From positions 64,001 to 128,000 of the forward strand of contig JBDRCC010000007.1 of the NCBI GenBank assembly GCA_043822065.1: a DNA stretch of 64,000 nt, in the 5' to 3' direction. The translations under genes and the position numbers were made by a program. The notes beneath the pieces were generated by a model. That model saw nothing but the letters and a program-made list of their open reading frames with translations. It was not told the DNA's origin and searched no databases. This document shows positions 27,905 through 37,217 of this stretch, piece after piece; positions within the stretch are counted from its first letter, which is position 1, and every line of letters begins with the position of its first letter. This stretch comes from an archaeon (GTDB taxonomy: Archaea > Undinarchaeota > CAZHTU01 > JBDRCC01).

Positions 27905-28582
27905 ATGGAATCTTCCGAGGTCTTACGAAAATTGCAGTCCCTATCTGACCCGAAAAACGTTGCAGGCATGGCGCGGTTTGGGATTAGCTCCAAGAACACG
28001 CTTGGAGTCCCCGTCCCGGAGCTTCGCGCAATCGCAAAGCAGGCAGGGAAGGACCACAAGATTGCTCTTAGGCTTTGGAAGTCCGGAATCCACGAGGCGC
28101 GGATTCTGGCGAGCATGGTGGAAGAGCCGGCGAAGGTGACAGAGGCGCAGGCCGATGCATGGGTTGCCGGATTCGACTCCTGGGATGTGTGCGACCAGTG
28201 CTGCATGAACCTCTTCTGGACGCTGCCCTTTGCGAATAAAAAAATATTCGAATGGGCGAAGCGGGACGAGGAGTACGTCAGGCGGGCCGCGTTCGCCCTC
28301 ATCGCCAGCATTTCCGTGAAAGACAAAAAGATGCCTGGCAGTGAAATCGAGCGGTTTTTCCCGTTGATAAAGGAGTACTCCACAGATTCTCGGAACTACG
28401 TCCGGAAGGCCGTAAACTGGGCGCTGCGGCAGATCGGAAAAAGGAACTCAAAGCTGAACCTGAAGGCGGTCGCGGTCGCGAAGGAAATCCAGAGAATAGA
28501 CTCGAAATCTGCGAAGTGGGTTGCGGCTGATGCCCTGCGGGAATTGACCAGCGGGGCGGTCCAAAAACGGCTTAAAAAATAG
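27905..28582 (+). CDS. DNA alkylation repair protein (AlkD-like HEAT repeat)
   Basis: HEARILA, FDSWDVCD, YVRKAVNWALRQIGKR. Confidence 0.9.
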   Translation: MESSEVLRKLQSLSDPKNVAGMARFGISSKNTLGVPVPELRAIAKQAGKDHKIALRLWKSGIHEARILASMVEEPAKVTEAQADAWVAGFDSWDVCDQCCMNLFWTLPFANKKIFEWAKRDEEYVRRAAFALIASISVKDKKMPGSEIERFFPLIKEYSTDSRNYVRKAVNWALRQIGKRNSKLNLKAVAVAKEIQRIDSKSAKWVAADALRELTSGAVQKRLKK

Positions 28583-28637
28583 ACCTACCAAAAGCTATTT
28601 ATGTGCGGGTTTCTTTTCTTGTATGGGGTGAACCAAA

Positions 28638-29066
28638 TTGCCAGCTAAAAAGAAAGCCGCAAAGCCGAAAAAAGCGGCCGCAAAGCCAAAGAAAAAGGTT
28701 GCAAAATCTGCACCAAAGCCAAAGGTAGCACCACTTGCGCCGAGGCCAGCCTTCGCAAGGCCAGCTCAGGTCCAGGCGCCGGCAGCACCTGCAGGACCGC
28801 AGGCTCCAGCAAGCAAAGAGTATGTGGGGGACGTCGCAGCATATTTCGGCGGCGTGAGCGTCATAGCGATTGACCTGACCGCCGGCCTGAATGTAGGCGA
28901 CGAGATATGGGTTGAACGCGGGGACAACCTGAGCTTTAGGCAGAGGGTTGACTCAATGCAGATAGACAGGGTGCCAGTCCAATCCGCGACGAAAGGCCAG
29001 TCCGTCGGCATAAAAGTTAGCCAGAAAGCAGCCCCTGGAAACAAGGTTTACAGAATCACTAAGTGA
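28638..29066 (+). CDS. Small beta-barrel protein (EF-Tu domain II/U32 C-terminal-like) with a K/A/P-rich N-terminus
   Basis: VG.V..YF...V, L.VGDEI, F.Q.V.SMQID, GQSVGIK; TTG start after GGGGTGA. Confidence 0.75.
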   Translation: MPAKKKAAKPKKAAAKPKKKVAKSAPKPKVAPLAPRPAFARPAQVQAPAAPAGPQAPASKEYVGDVAAYFGGVSVIAIDLTAGLNVGDEIWVERGDNLSFRQRVDSMQIDRVPVQSATKGQSVGIKVSQKAAPGNKVYRITK

Positions 29067-29760
29067 CCTTAATGCCCATGCTCTGCAGGGCGGTTTTTGC
29101 CTTGCCGGCTGCAAGGCCCTTGTGAAGCCTTACGGCAGTTTTTAGCTCATGCACGTTTTCGTGCAGCGAAAGGTGCTCTAGCACGTAAAGCGAGATTCCA
29201 AGCATCTCCTCCGCGGTGAATATGCCGTGGTGGGTCTCTTTCGCCCCGAACAGCTTGGTTTCGATTTTGCCGATGAGCCCGGTGCCGTCTTTAAGCTTGT
29301 CTGCGAGCAGCTCCTCTGCGATTTCTTTCCTGACGTCCCACATTACATAGAACAGGTACATCCCGGCAGTTATCCTGGCAGCCTTCATCATGGACTCCGG
29401 CGCCGCAAGGAACTCCTCTAGAACATATATGTCTCCAATATCGCTGCCTGAAATCTTTTCTTTTGGTATTATAAGTATCTCGACCGGTCGTCTGGAGCTG
29501 GTCATCATCCACTCCTTGAATGCCTCCCACGAGCTGCGCCTGCCGCCGATTTTCATCTTTTTGAGGTAGAGGCTGAGCCTGAGCTGGTCCATCATGTTCC
29601 GGCTCTTGATAATTTTTATCTCCCCCCTGTTGGGGTAGTACTGCTCCAGTCGCACTCTCTCTGCTTTGCCAGTCTTGGGGTTAGTAAGTGTGAGGGGGTG
29701 CGCATATGCCTCCCTAAGCACGTCGCAAATCTCTGAGTAAAGCTCGTTTGCAGTTTCCAT
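29059..29760 (-). CDS. Hypothetical protein
   Basis: 233-aa ORF with a TATA-like element upstream. Confidence 0.7.
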   Translation of the reverse strand: METANELYSEICDVLREAYAHPLTLTNPKTGKAERVRLEQYYPNRGEIKIIKSRNMMDQLRLSLYLKKMKIGGRRSSWEAFKEWMMTSSRRPVEILIIPKEKISGSDIGDIYVLEEFLAAPESMMKAARITAGMYLFYVMWDVRKEIAEELLADKLKDGTGLIGKIETKLFGAKETHHGIFTAEEMLGISLYVLEHLSLHENVHELKTAVRLHKGLAAGKAKTALQSMGIKVT

Positions 29761-29840
29761 GCGTTGCCTAAATACTGAGTTCTATTTAACCTTTACTTGA
29801 TAGGCAAATTATAAAAGATACGCAGGGCTAGTTCTGGGAT

Positions 29841-31592
29841 ATGATACGCCAGCCAATTATTTCCATACTTGGCCATGTCGACCACGGGAAGACGTCGCTC
29901 CTAGACTGGATACGCGGCTCGTCTGTTGTTGACAAGGAGGCTGGCAAGATAACCCAGCACGTTTCTGCCACTGAGGTGCCATTTGACGCCCTTAAGCGGA
30001 TATGCTCAAGCATATCATCCGGCAAGTTCAGCGTCAAAGTCCCCGGCCTGCTCTTCGTTGACACTCCCGGGCACGAGGCGTTCACCACCCTGCGGCGCAG
30101 GGGCGGCGCGCTTGCAGACATAGCCGTGCTCGTTGTCGACATAAACGAGGGCGTAATGCCCCAGACCGAGGAGAGCATAAGCATACTCAAGCACACGAAG
30201 ACGCCGTTTGTCGTTGCAGCCACCAAAATAGACCTTCTGCCCGGCTGGAAGGAGAAAAAAAACTGCACTTTCTCCGAAGCGCTTTCGGCCCAGAAAGATT
30301 CGGTAAAAGAGGAGCTTGACAAGAAGCTATACCTGCTCGTTGGGAAGCTGAGCTCGTACGAGATATCCTCCGAGCGCGTTGACCGGGTTAACGATTTCAC
30401 GAAGGAAATATGCATTGTTCCCGTTTCCTCGAAGCATGGCGTGGGAATCCAGGACGTCCTTACGCTCCTCTTGGGTCTTTCCCAAAAATTCCTGCAGGAG
30501 CAGCTCAAGGTCGAGGTCTCCGGCCCTGCCAAGGGCTCAGTGCTGGAAGTAAAAGAGGAGAAAGGCATAGGATCGACTGCGGACGTCATAGTCTACGATG
30601 GAGTCCTGAAAAAGGGAGACCGCATCGTCCTGATGTCGAAAAACGGCCCGGTTGAGACGCGCGTCAGGGCGCTTTTCAAGCCTGCGCCAATGACTGAGAC
30701 AAAATTCGGCAAGCAGTACCAGTCTGTTGACTCTGTATCTGCGGCAAGCGGGGTCAAGCTTTCAGCCCCGGGCATAGAGGACACGCTCGCAGGTTCGCCC
30801 CTGCGGGTGGTCGCCGGTGACAGCGAGGAGCTCAAGACGCAGATTTCCACTGAATTTGAGCACATAAGGATTGAGACAGAGGACCTCGGGTGTGTCCTAA
30901 AGGCGGACACCTATGGCTCCCTTGAGGCGCTGATTGCCTTCCTGAGCGAGAACCAGATTCCAATCCGGTACGCAGACATAGGCGCGGTTTCGAAGAGGGG
31001 AATTGCCGAGGCGGAAACGGTTGCGATTGCAGACCCGTTCCTCGGCGTGGTGTTTGCTTTCTGTGTTGACGTTCTGCCGGATGCGCGCGAGAAGGCGAAG
31101 AACTCAGGGATAAAAATATTCGAGGAGAACATCATCTACAAGCTGGTGGACGAATACAAGGCGTGGAAAGACGCAGAGATGGTGCGCCAGAAGTCAAAGA
31201 AGCTTGACGGAATACCAAAGCCGGCGTACATCAGGTTCCTGCCCGGCTACGTCTTCCGCCAGAAGGATCCTGCTGTCTTTGGGATTGAGATTCTTGAGGG
31301 CACCCTCTTGCCCAAAACCCAGCTGACGAACGCCTCAGGCAAGGTGGTCGGCACCGTAAAAGAGATGCAGCACGAGGGTGAAACCATCCAGTTCGCGTCC
31401 TCCGGCCAGAAGGTAGCGCTTTCCCTTGAGGGCCCAACTATAGGCCGGCACATAAAAGAGGGGGAGTATTTCCTATCATACGTCACCGAAACCCAAATGG
31501 AAACTTTAAAAAACAACAAGAACCTACTCTCAGAGAGCGAAATTGCAGCTCTTAAACGAGTTATAATTTTAGCGCTTGATCAAAATGACTGA
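29841..31592 (+). CDS. infB: Translation initiation factor aIF5B (IF-2)
   Basis: RQPII, GHVDHGKT, DTPGHEAF, TKID, KADTYGSLEAL. Confidence 0.97.
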   Translation: MIRQPIISILGHVDHGKTSLLDWIRGSSVVDKEAGKITQHVSATEVPFDALKRICSSISSGKFSVKVPGLLFVDTPGHEAFTTLRRRGGALADIAVLVVDINEGVMPQTEESISILKHTKTPFVVAATKIDLLPGWKEKKNCTFSEALSAQKDSVKEELDKKLYLLVGKLSSYEISSERVDRVNDFTKEICIVPVSSKHGVGIQDVLTLLLGLSQKFLQEQLKVEVSGPAKGSVLEVKEEKGIGSTADVIVYDGVLKKGDRIVLMSKNGPVETRVRALFKPAPMTETKFGKQYQSVDSVSAASGVKLSAPGIEDTLAGSPLRVVAGDSEELKTQISTEFEHIRIETEDLGCVLKADTYGSLEALIAFLSENQIPIRYADIGAVSKRGIAEAETVAIADPFLGVVFAFCVDVLPDAREKAKNSGIKIFEENIIYKLVDEYKAWKDAEMVRQKSKKLDGIPKPAYIRFLPGYVFRQKDPAVFGIEILEGTLLPKTQLTNASGKVVGTVKEMQHEGETIQFASSGQKVALSLEGPTIGRHIKEGEYFLSYVTETQMETLKNNKNLLSESEIAALKRVIILALDQND

Positions 31593-32091
31593 ATTTAAAC
31601 TTTCAGTGTCCGGCAAAGACGGGAAGGCATACAAGAAGCAGCTTTCCGGCAGCGACGCCGATGCACTCATTGGCAAAAAACTCGGCGAAACAATAAGCGG
31701 AGACATGTTAGGCCTCCCTGGGTACGAGCTCAAGATAACCGGCGGCTCGGACAAGGACGGCTTCCCAATGCGCCCCGGATTCCATGGTAGCAGGGTCGTA
31801 GAGCTTCTGCTTGCAGAGGGGCCAGGCTTCAGGCCGGCAACCAAAGGCGCAAGGAGGAAGAAGCGGGTCCGCGGAGACACGGTATCCGAATCAATCTGCC
31901 AGATAAACTTCAAAGTCACAAAGCAGGGCGGCAAAACACTCAGAGTGCTCCTTGGCGGAGATCAGGGCGCGGCTGAAAAGTCTCGGGACGAAGTTCTTGA
32001 AGAGAAGAAGAGGCAGATACAGGAGGCTTTGCTTAAGGTTGGTGAGGCAACAGCTGCCGAAGCGAAGAAAAAGGCCGCCGGGGGTGGCTAA
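31585..32091 (+). CDS. rps6e: 30S ribosomal protein eS6 with a C-terminal extension
   Basis: LKITGGSDKDGFPMR, RKKRVRG. Confidence 0.96.
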   Translation: MTEFKLSVSGKDGKAYKKQLSGSDADALIGKKLGETISGDMLGLPGYELKITGGSDKDGFPMRPGFHGSRVVELLLAEGPGFRPATKGARRKKRVRGDTVSESICQINFKVTKQGGKTLRVLLGGDQGAAEKSRDEVLEEKKRQIQEALLKVGEATAAEAKKKAAGGG

Positions 32092-32097
32092 TCATTC

Positions 32098-33312
32098 ATG
32101 ACCCAGCCGGACGTTAGCATCGGTCTGGTAGGTCACATTGACCACGGCAAAACAACACTTACCGAAGCCCTAAGCGGCGTTTGGACCGATACTCATTCTG
32201 AAGAGCTAAAAAAAGGCATAACAATCAAGCTAGGCTACGCAGACACTACGTTCTACAAATGCAAAAAGTGCGACGCGCCCGTCTGCTACTCTCCGACCAA
32301 GAAGTGCGAGGCGTGCGGCGGCGTGTGTGATGCAGTGCGGACAATATCCTTTGTCGATGCCCCTGGGCACGAGACGCTCATGGCGACAATGCTGTCCGGT
32401 GCCGCGATAATGGACGGCGCAGTCCTTGTCATAGCTGCGAACGAGCCCTGCCCGTCGCCGCAGACGAAGGAGCACCTAATGGCGCTCGACATCATCGGCA
32501 AGGAGAAGGTAGTTATAGTCCAGAACAAAATCGACCTTGTTACCAAGGAGCAGGCTATGGAGAACTACAAGCAGATAAAGGCGTTCGTGAAGGGCACCGT
32601 TGCTGAGAACTCCCCTATAATCCCAATCTCAGCCCAAAAGCGGCAGAACATCGATGCAGTCATAATGGCAATCGAGACGCACATCCCCACCCCGAAGCGG
32701 GATGTGAAGTCCCCTCCAAAAATGCTCATCGCAAGGAGCTTTGACATAAACAAGCCAGGCACGAAGCCGAAAGACCTAAAGGGCGGCGTGCTCGGCGGCG
32801 CGCTTATTGCCGGCGAGCTGAAAGTCGGGCAGACAATAGAGATACTTCCCGGCGTGAAGCTCGGCGAAGGCAAGTGGCAGCCGGTAGAGACGGAAATTGA
32901 CACGCTCTTTGCCTCAGGCAAGCCCCAGTCATCGGTGCACGCCGGCGGCTCAATAGGCATTGGGACCAAGCTTGACCCTGCCATGACGCGGTCAGACAAC
33001 CTCTCCGGCAACCTGCTTGGCATTAAGACAAAGCTCCCGCCGCTCAGGACCGAACTTGACCTAAAGCCATCTCTCCTGAAAAAAGTAATCGGGCTCAAGG
33101 ACGAGATTGACGTTGCACCTATCCGGACCAATGAGCCACTTATGCTGACCGTAGGCTGCACAATAACTGTGGGCGTAACTGTGAAGGCTGACAAAAACTC
33201 AATCAAGCTGAAGCTGAAGCTCCCCGTCTGCGCTGAAAAGGGCGACCGGGTAGTCATCTCGCGGCAGATTGAGCACAGGTGGCGGCTCGTTGGATACGGA
33301 ACGATACTATGA
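32098..33312 (+). CDS. eif2g: Translation initiation factor aIF2 gamma subunit
   Basis: [17 protein letters not shown], zinc knuckle, DAPGHE, RSFD, WRLVGYG. Confidence 0.97.
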   Translation: MTQPDVSIGLVGHIDHGKTTLTEALSGVWTDTHSEELKKGITIKLGYADTTFYKCKKCDAPVCYSPTKKCEACGGVCDAVRTISFVDAPGHETLMATMLSGAAIMDGAVLVIAANEPCPSPQTKEHLMALDIIGKEKVVIVQNKIDLVTKEQAMENYKQIKAFVKGTVAENSPIIPISAQKRQNIDAVIMAIETHIPTPKRDVKSPPKMLIARSFDINKPGTKPKDLKGGVLGGALIAGELKVGQTIEILPGVKLGEGKWQPVETEIDTLFASGKPQSSVHAGGSIGIGTKLDPAMTRSDNLSGNLLGIKTKLPPLRTELDLKPSLLKKVIGLKDEIDVAPIRTNEPLMLTVGCTITVGVTVKADKNSIKLKLKLPVCAEKGDRVVISRQIEHRWRLVGYGTIL

Positions 33313-33725
33313 ACTGGCAGATATATGCTATACTCTCCTTAGTCCTCCTTGGTGCGTTCTACACGAGCATGAAGTTCGCCTTAGCGGCTGGCATAAACCC
33401 ACAGCTTGCTGCAGTTGTCCTGCAATTTGCTGCGCTTGTATCGGTCGGGATTTATTTCATAGCCAACCGGGCTAGCATCCCGCTCCAGTACACCCAGACA
33501 AGCCTCACGTATGCTGTCCTTGCAGGGGTGTTCGTCGGCGCTGCCAACCTGGTGCTTTACCTTGCACTCAGCAGCGGGCCGGTCTCAAAAATAAGCCCAA
33601 TAACCGGGATGGCCGTAATGATACCTGCTGTAGTCGGCATCCTTTACTTCAAGGAGCCCGCCAGCCTTAAGGTAATGGCTGGGCTTCTCTGCGCCGTTGC
33701 AGGCATTCTGCTCCTCTCTACATAG
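33309..33725 (+). CDS. EamA/DMT-family transporter
   Basis: Several TM helices; ALSSGPVS...P, YFKEP. Confidence 0.85.
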   Translation: MNWQIYAILSLVLLGAFYTSMKFALAAGINPQLAAVVLQFAALVSVGIYFIANRASIPLQYTQTSLTYAVLAGVFVGAANLVLYLALSSGPVSKISPITGMAVMIPAVVGILYFKEPASLKVMAGLLCAVAGILLLST

Positions 33726-34103
33726 ATGGTGAAGCTACTACTAGACACAAACTTTCTCATGGTGCCTTTCCAGTTCGGGGTGGACATCTATTCTGAGTTC
33801 GACAGGATACTCCACGAGCCGTATACCATGTTTACCATCACTGCGGTGGAAGACGAGCTGGTCCGGCTTTCAAAGACCAAGCCCGCAGCAGCAGCCGCGC
33901 TGAAATTAGCAAAACTTAAAAAGGTGCGCATTATTCAGAATCCAGCAGATTCTCCGCAAGGGACAGACCCAAAAATCCTGGCTGCCGCGGAGTCAGAGGG
34001 TGCGGCGGTATGCACCAATGACTCTGCCCTCCGGAGGCAGGCTCGGGTGAAGGGCCTGAGGGTCATAACCCTTCGGCAGATGTCGCATTTAGTGGAGGCA
34101 TAA
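33726..34103 (+). CDS. PIN-domain nuclease (Utp24/Fcf1-like)
   Basis: LDTNFL, V.DEL, TND..LR; usual position after aIF2g. Confidence 0.92.
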   Translation: MVKLLLDTNFLMVPFQFGVDIYSEFDRILHEPYTMFTITAVEDELVRLSKTKPAAAAALKLAKLKKVRIIQNPADSPQGTDPKILAAAESEGAAVCTNDSALRRQARVKGLRVITLRQMSHLVEA

Positions 34104-34621
34104 TGGCAAAATCACAGAAGAACCCTGAAAAATGGCCAGAATCCGTGGAGGTAGTCGTCACTATGCCTAAGGGCTCAAGGAACAGGTACTCTGTCCTTAA
34201 GTCTGCGGTCAAGGTCGAAAAGGTTTTCCCCCTCCCAAGCGTTGTCGAAACCGGGTTCATCTCCGGCACAGAGTCTGATGACGGAAACCCCTTAACAGCA
34301 TTTGTCCTGGTGGATGAGCCAACCTTCCCTGGCTGCATAATCTCTGCGAGGCCAGTCGGCGTTTTGAAGCTTGCAAAAAAGGACATGTACATTGACCTAA
34401 TCCTGCTGGTCCCCACTGCAGACCGGAGGTACGATTCGATCACGGAGCTGGAGGATGTCCAGGAGAGCGTAAAGAAGGACATTTCCAACTGGTTCCTTGG
34501 CGTCTCAAAAATGCTTGTTGCGCCGCTCGATACCGCGCCAGCCATCCAGGGCTGGGTGGGTTCGGCTCAAGCCAAAAACTCTATAAAGCATGCCGCGGAT
34601 TTATTCAAGCGACGTCATTAG
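34103..34621 (+). CDS. ppa: Family I inorganic pyrophosphatase homolog with a degenerate active site
   Basis: PKGS.N.Y, GFI.GT.SDDGNPL, PTFPGC.I.ARPVG; many catalytic residues replaced. Confidence 0.85.
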   Translation: MAKSQKNPEKWPESVEVVVTMPKGSRNRYSVLKSAVKVEKVFPLPSVVETGFISGTESDDGNPLTAFVLVDEPTFPGCIISARPVGVLKLAKKDMYIDLILLVPTADRRYDSITELEDVQESVKKDISNWFLGVSKMLVAPLDTAPAIQGWVGSAQAKNSIKHAADLFKRRH

Positions 34622-34629
34622 GTGTTACT

Positions 34630-35289
34630 ATGTATGAACTAGTTACAGTACAGGATAACGTAAGGGTTCCGCCAGACAAGTTTGGCACCGACCTGAAGGG
34701 CACGATAATAAGCGTGCTGAAGCGCCAGTACGAGGGCTACCTTAACAAGGACCTCGGGCTCGTCGTCAGCGTGGCTGACGTTGACACAATCGGCGAGGGC
34801 GAGATACGCCCTGGCGACGGAAGCGCATACTATGACACAGTCTTCAAGATACTCACATTCAAGCCGGAGATGAACGAGCTCGTCCTCGGGAAAGTGATAG
34901 AAATCGTCGAGTTCGGCGCGTTCGTAACATTGGGTGCGATTGACGGCCTCATTCACGTTTCACAGGTCACGGACGACTTCCTTTCATATGACGACAAGGG
35001 CAGGCGCCTCGTCGGCAAGGAGAGCAAGAAGTCAGTCAGCGAGGGGGACTTCCTCCGCGCGAGGATTGTCGCACTCTCAATGAAAAAGTCACAGAGCCAG
35101 AAAGTAGGGCTCACCATGCGCCAGAGCGGGCTTGGCAAGCTCCAGTGGATTGAGGAGGAGCGGAAGAAGGCGAGCAAGGAAAAGGCAGCGCCAGCCGAAA
35201 CGAAGGATAAGCCAAAAGACAAGGCAAAGGACAAGCCGAAGGAGAAGCCGAAAGAGAAGGCTAAAGACTCCCCAAAGGGGAAGAAATGA
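34630..35289 (+). CDS. rpoE: RNA polymerase subunit E' (Rpo7) with a K/D/E/P tail
   Basis: VRVPP, PGDG, FGAFV.LG..DGLIHVSQ, LTMRQ.GLGK. Confidence 0.96.
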   Translation: MYELVTVQDNVRVPPDKFGTDLKGTIISVLKRQYEGYLNKDLGLVVSVADVDTIGEGEIRPGDGSAYYDTVFKILTFKPEMNELVLGKVIEIVEFGAFVTLGAIDGLIHVSQVTDDFLSYDDKGRRLVGKESKKSVSEGDFLRARIVALSMKKSQSQKVGLTMRQSGLGKLQWIEEERKKASKEKAAPAETKDKPKDKAKDKPKEKPKEKAKDSPKGKK

Positions 35290-35468
35290 TTAAGGCATGC
35301 AAGAACTGCCACGTGCTCACCGAAGAGTCAGTATGCCCAGTTTGCAAGTCGCAGGAGTTCAGCCCGAAGTGGAAGGGCTTCATCACAGTCATTGACGCCG
35401 ACAGGTCAGAGGCGGCAAAGCGCATGGGCGTTACAATGCCCGGCAAATATGCATTAAAGATTGGTTAA
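35286..35468 (+). CDS. spt4: Transcription elongation factor Spt4 (RpoE'')
   Basis: ACKNC, CPVC, W.G, PGKYALK. Confidence 0.95.
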   Translation: MIKACKNCHVLTEESVCPVCKSQEFSPKWKGFITVIDADRSEAAKRMGVTMPGKYALKIG

Positions 35469-35469
35469 A

Positions 35470-35946
35470 ATGGAGCTACAGATAACTAACAAAAAGGAAA
35501 ACAAGCTGCTGAACAGGACCGAAATTGAAGGCACGGTAACGTTCGACGCGGCAATACCTGCGAAATCCGAGGTAAGCACAAAAATCTCCGCCACCCTTGG
35601 CGGAGACAAGAACCTTGTTGTTTTGGACCACATCTACCCCCAGTTTGGGGCAAGGCAGGCAAGGATAATCGCCAAAGTCTACAAGGACAAGAAATCACTC
35701 GACGCTTATGAGCCAAAGCCAAAGGCGGCAGCCCCGAAGAAGGAGGGCGCGCCAGCCGAAAAGCCGGCAGAAGCCAAGGCAGAGGCCCCAAAACAGGAAG
35801 CGCCCGCTGAGAAGTCGGCAGAAGCGAAAAAGGATGCTCCCACGGCGGAAGCTCCAAAACAGGAAACCCCTGCTGAAAAGCCGCCGGAGAAGAAAACCGA
35901 GGCTCCAAAGGCGGAAGCCCCAGCGGAGAAAAAGGAGGCTAAATAA
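35470..35946 (+). CDS. rps24e: 30S ribosomal protein eS24 with a long AEKP tail
   Basis: [12 protein letters not shown]...A...AKVY. Confidence 0.93.
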   Translation: MELQITNKKENKLLNRTEIEGTVTFDAAIPAKSEVSTKISATLGGDKNLVVLDHIYPQFGARQARIIAKVYKDKKSLDAYEPKPKAAAPKKEGAPAEKPAEAKAEAPKQEAPAEKSAEAKKDAPTAEAPKQETPAEKPPEKKTEAPKAEAPAEKKEAK

Positions 35947-36143
35947 TGGCTGAAGACAAGAAAGGCGGAAGCAAGAAGTCAAAGTCTGAAAAGTGGAAAT
36001 TCTACAAGGTCGAGGGCGACCAGGTCTTACGGACAAAGAAGTCATGCCCCCGCTGCGGCCCGGGCGTGTACCTTGCAGAGCACAAGAACAGGATGACCTG
36101 CGGCAAGTGCAACTACACAGAATTCAAGGCCAAAAACCAATAA
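35946..36143 (+). CDS. rps27ae: 30S ribosomal protein S27ae (eS31)
   Basis: [18 protein letters not shown]. Confidence 0.96.
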   Translation: MAEDKKGGSKKSKSEKWKFYKVEGDQVLRTKKSCPRCGPGVYLAEHKNRMTCGKCNYTEFKAKNQ

Positions 36144-36204
36144 AGTTTTATATTCTGCCACTACTACCTTATTAACTCCTACGCGGAGTGCACCCTTCGG
36201 CTTT

Positions 36205-36332
36205 GGGGCTGTGGGGTAGGCAGGCATCCTGGCTGGCTCCAGTCTCTAGAAATTCACGAGCCTTCGGGCGATGATGAAAGAATGGAGCGAGGATACCAGC
36301 AGATTCGGGTTCAAATCCCGACAGCCCCACCA
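36205..36332 (+). tRNA. tRNA-Trp (CCA) with a 52-nt intron at 37/38 (36243-36294), CCA encoded
   Basis: GGGGCTG/CAGCCCC; GCTGG-CTCCAG...A-CCAGC; T arm TCGGG/CCCGA. Confidence 0.93.
36243..36294 (+). ncRNA. Degenerate intron-encoded C/D-box guide, probably for Cm34
   Basis: ATGATGA box at 36271-36277; TGGAGC at 36283-36288 is complementary to anticodon-loop GCTCCA. Confidence 0.55.
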
Positions 36333-36449
36333 CTCCCTATCCCTTTCTTTTAAGAAAAGAAAGGTCTAAGGGTCACCCCAAAGAAAAACATAGACAATAC
36401 CAAAAGAAAACTACTCTAGGATTCGCTCCGCTCATAATATTAGTAGCAT

Positions 36450-37196
36450 ATGAAGCCGCCTGACAAACTTATACAAACGGACAAAAGTGAAAGAGATGAG
36501 TTTGGACTTTTTGAGAAATACGCCGACCTCAGGGAAAAGAAGGTAATTGAGATTGGGTGCGGGTATGGTAAATACACGGTCCGCCTTGCGCCTCTTGTCA
36601 AGTCGATTTCCGCGATAGACATGTCCGAAAAGGAGCTTGCGAGGGCTATTGCAATTACCCCCGAGCGGCTCAAGTCGAAGATTCAGTACAAGCACGTGTC
36701 TGCGGCCGACCTTCCATTCGCGGACGCGTCTTTTGATACTGCATTTCTTGCGTTTGTCTTCCATGAAATCCCCCACGAGGAGCAGGAGAAAGCTTTAGCT
36801 GAGATTCTCAGGGTCCTTAAGCCAGGCGGGCAGGCCGTCCTAATCGACCCGACCCCTTACTCGCCGTTCCATAAATTCGTCCGGATTTTCAAGCCGGAAG
36901 AGGACCACGGCTGGAGGGTGGAGCGCTCGAATGCGAGGATTGTCCAGGCTGTTGAGCAGGGCATGTTCAAAAAGGAGCAGGCACTGGAATTCCACAAGAC
37001 TTTTGAGTACGAAAGCAGGGATGCTGCATACACTGCAATTCTCGGTAACTGGGCGCGGGTTGCAACTCCGAAAGATAACTCAGAGCGGGAGGTGTGGAAA
37101 CGGAAGATTGACGCTATACTGGGTGACGCCATAAAGCAGCAACCAGTCCGCCTCTATGAGCACTGCCAGCTGATAACTCTAAGAAAGCTTAAATAA
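36450..37196 (+). CDS. Class I SAM-dependent methyltransferase
   Basis: IEIGCGYG, DLPFADASFD, RVLKPGG. Confidence 0.9.
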   Translation: MKPPDKLIQTDKSERDEFGLFEKYADLREKKVIEIGCGYGKYTVRLAPLVKSISAIDMSEKELARAIAITPERLKSKIQYKHVSAADLPFADASFDTAFLAFVFHEIPHEEQEKALAEILRVLKPGGQAVLIDPTPYSPFHKFVRIFKPEEDHGWRVERSNARIVQAVEQGMFKKEQALEFHKTFEYESRDAAYTAILGNWARVATPKDNSEREVWKRKIDAILGDAIKQQPVRLYEHCQLITLRKLK

Positions 37197-37217
37197 TGCA
37201 TAATCGAATACTTAGGC

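Noticed and set aside
29841-31592. Possible intein in aIF5B
   Set aside because: Length is ordinary and the G-domain motifs are contiguous
32074-32091. eS6 ends in GGG, like a ubiquitin-type C-terminus
   Set aside because: Preceded by a low-complexity helix rather than a beta-grasp domain
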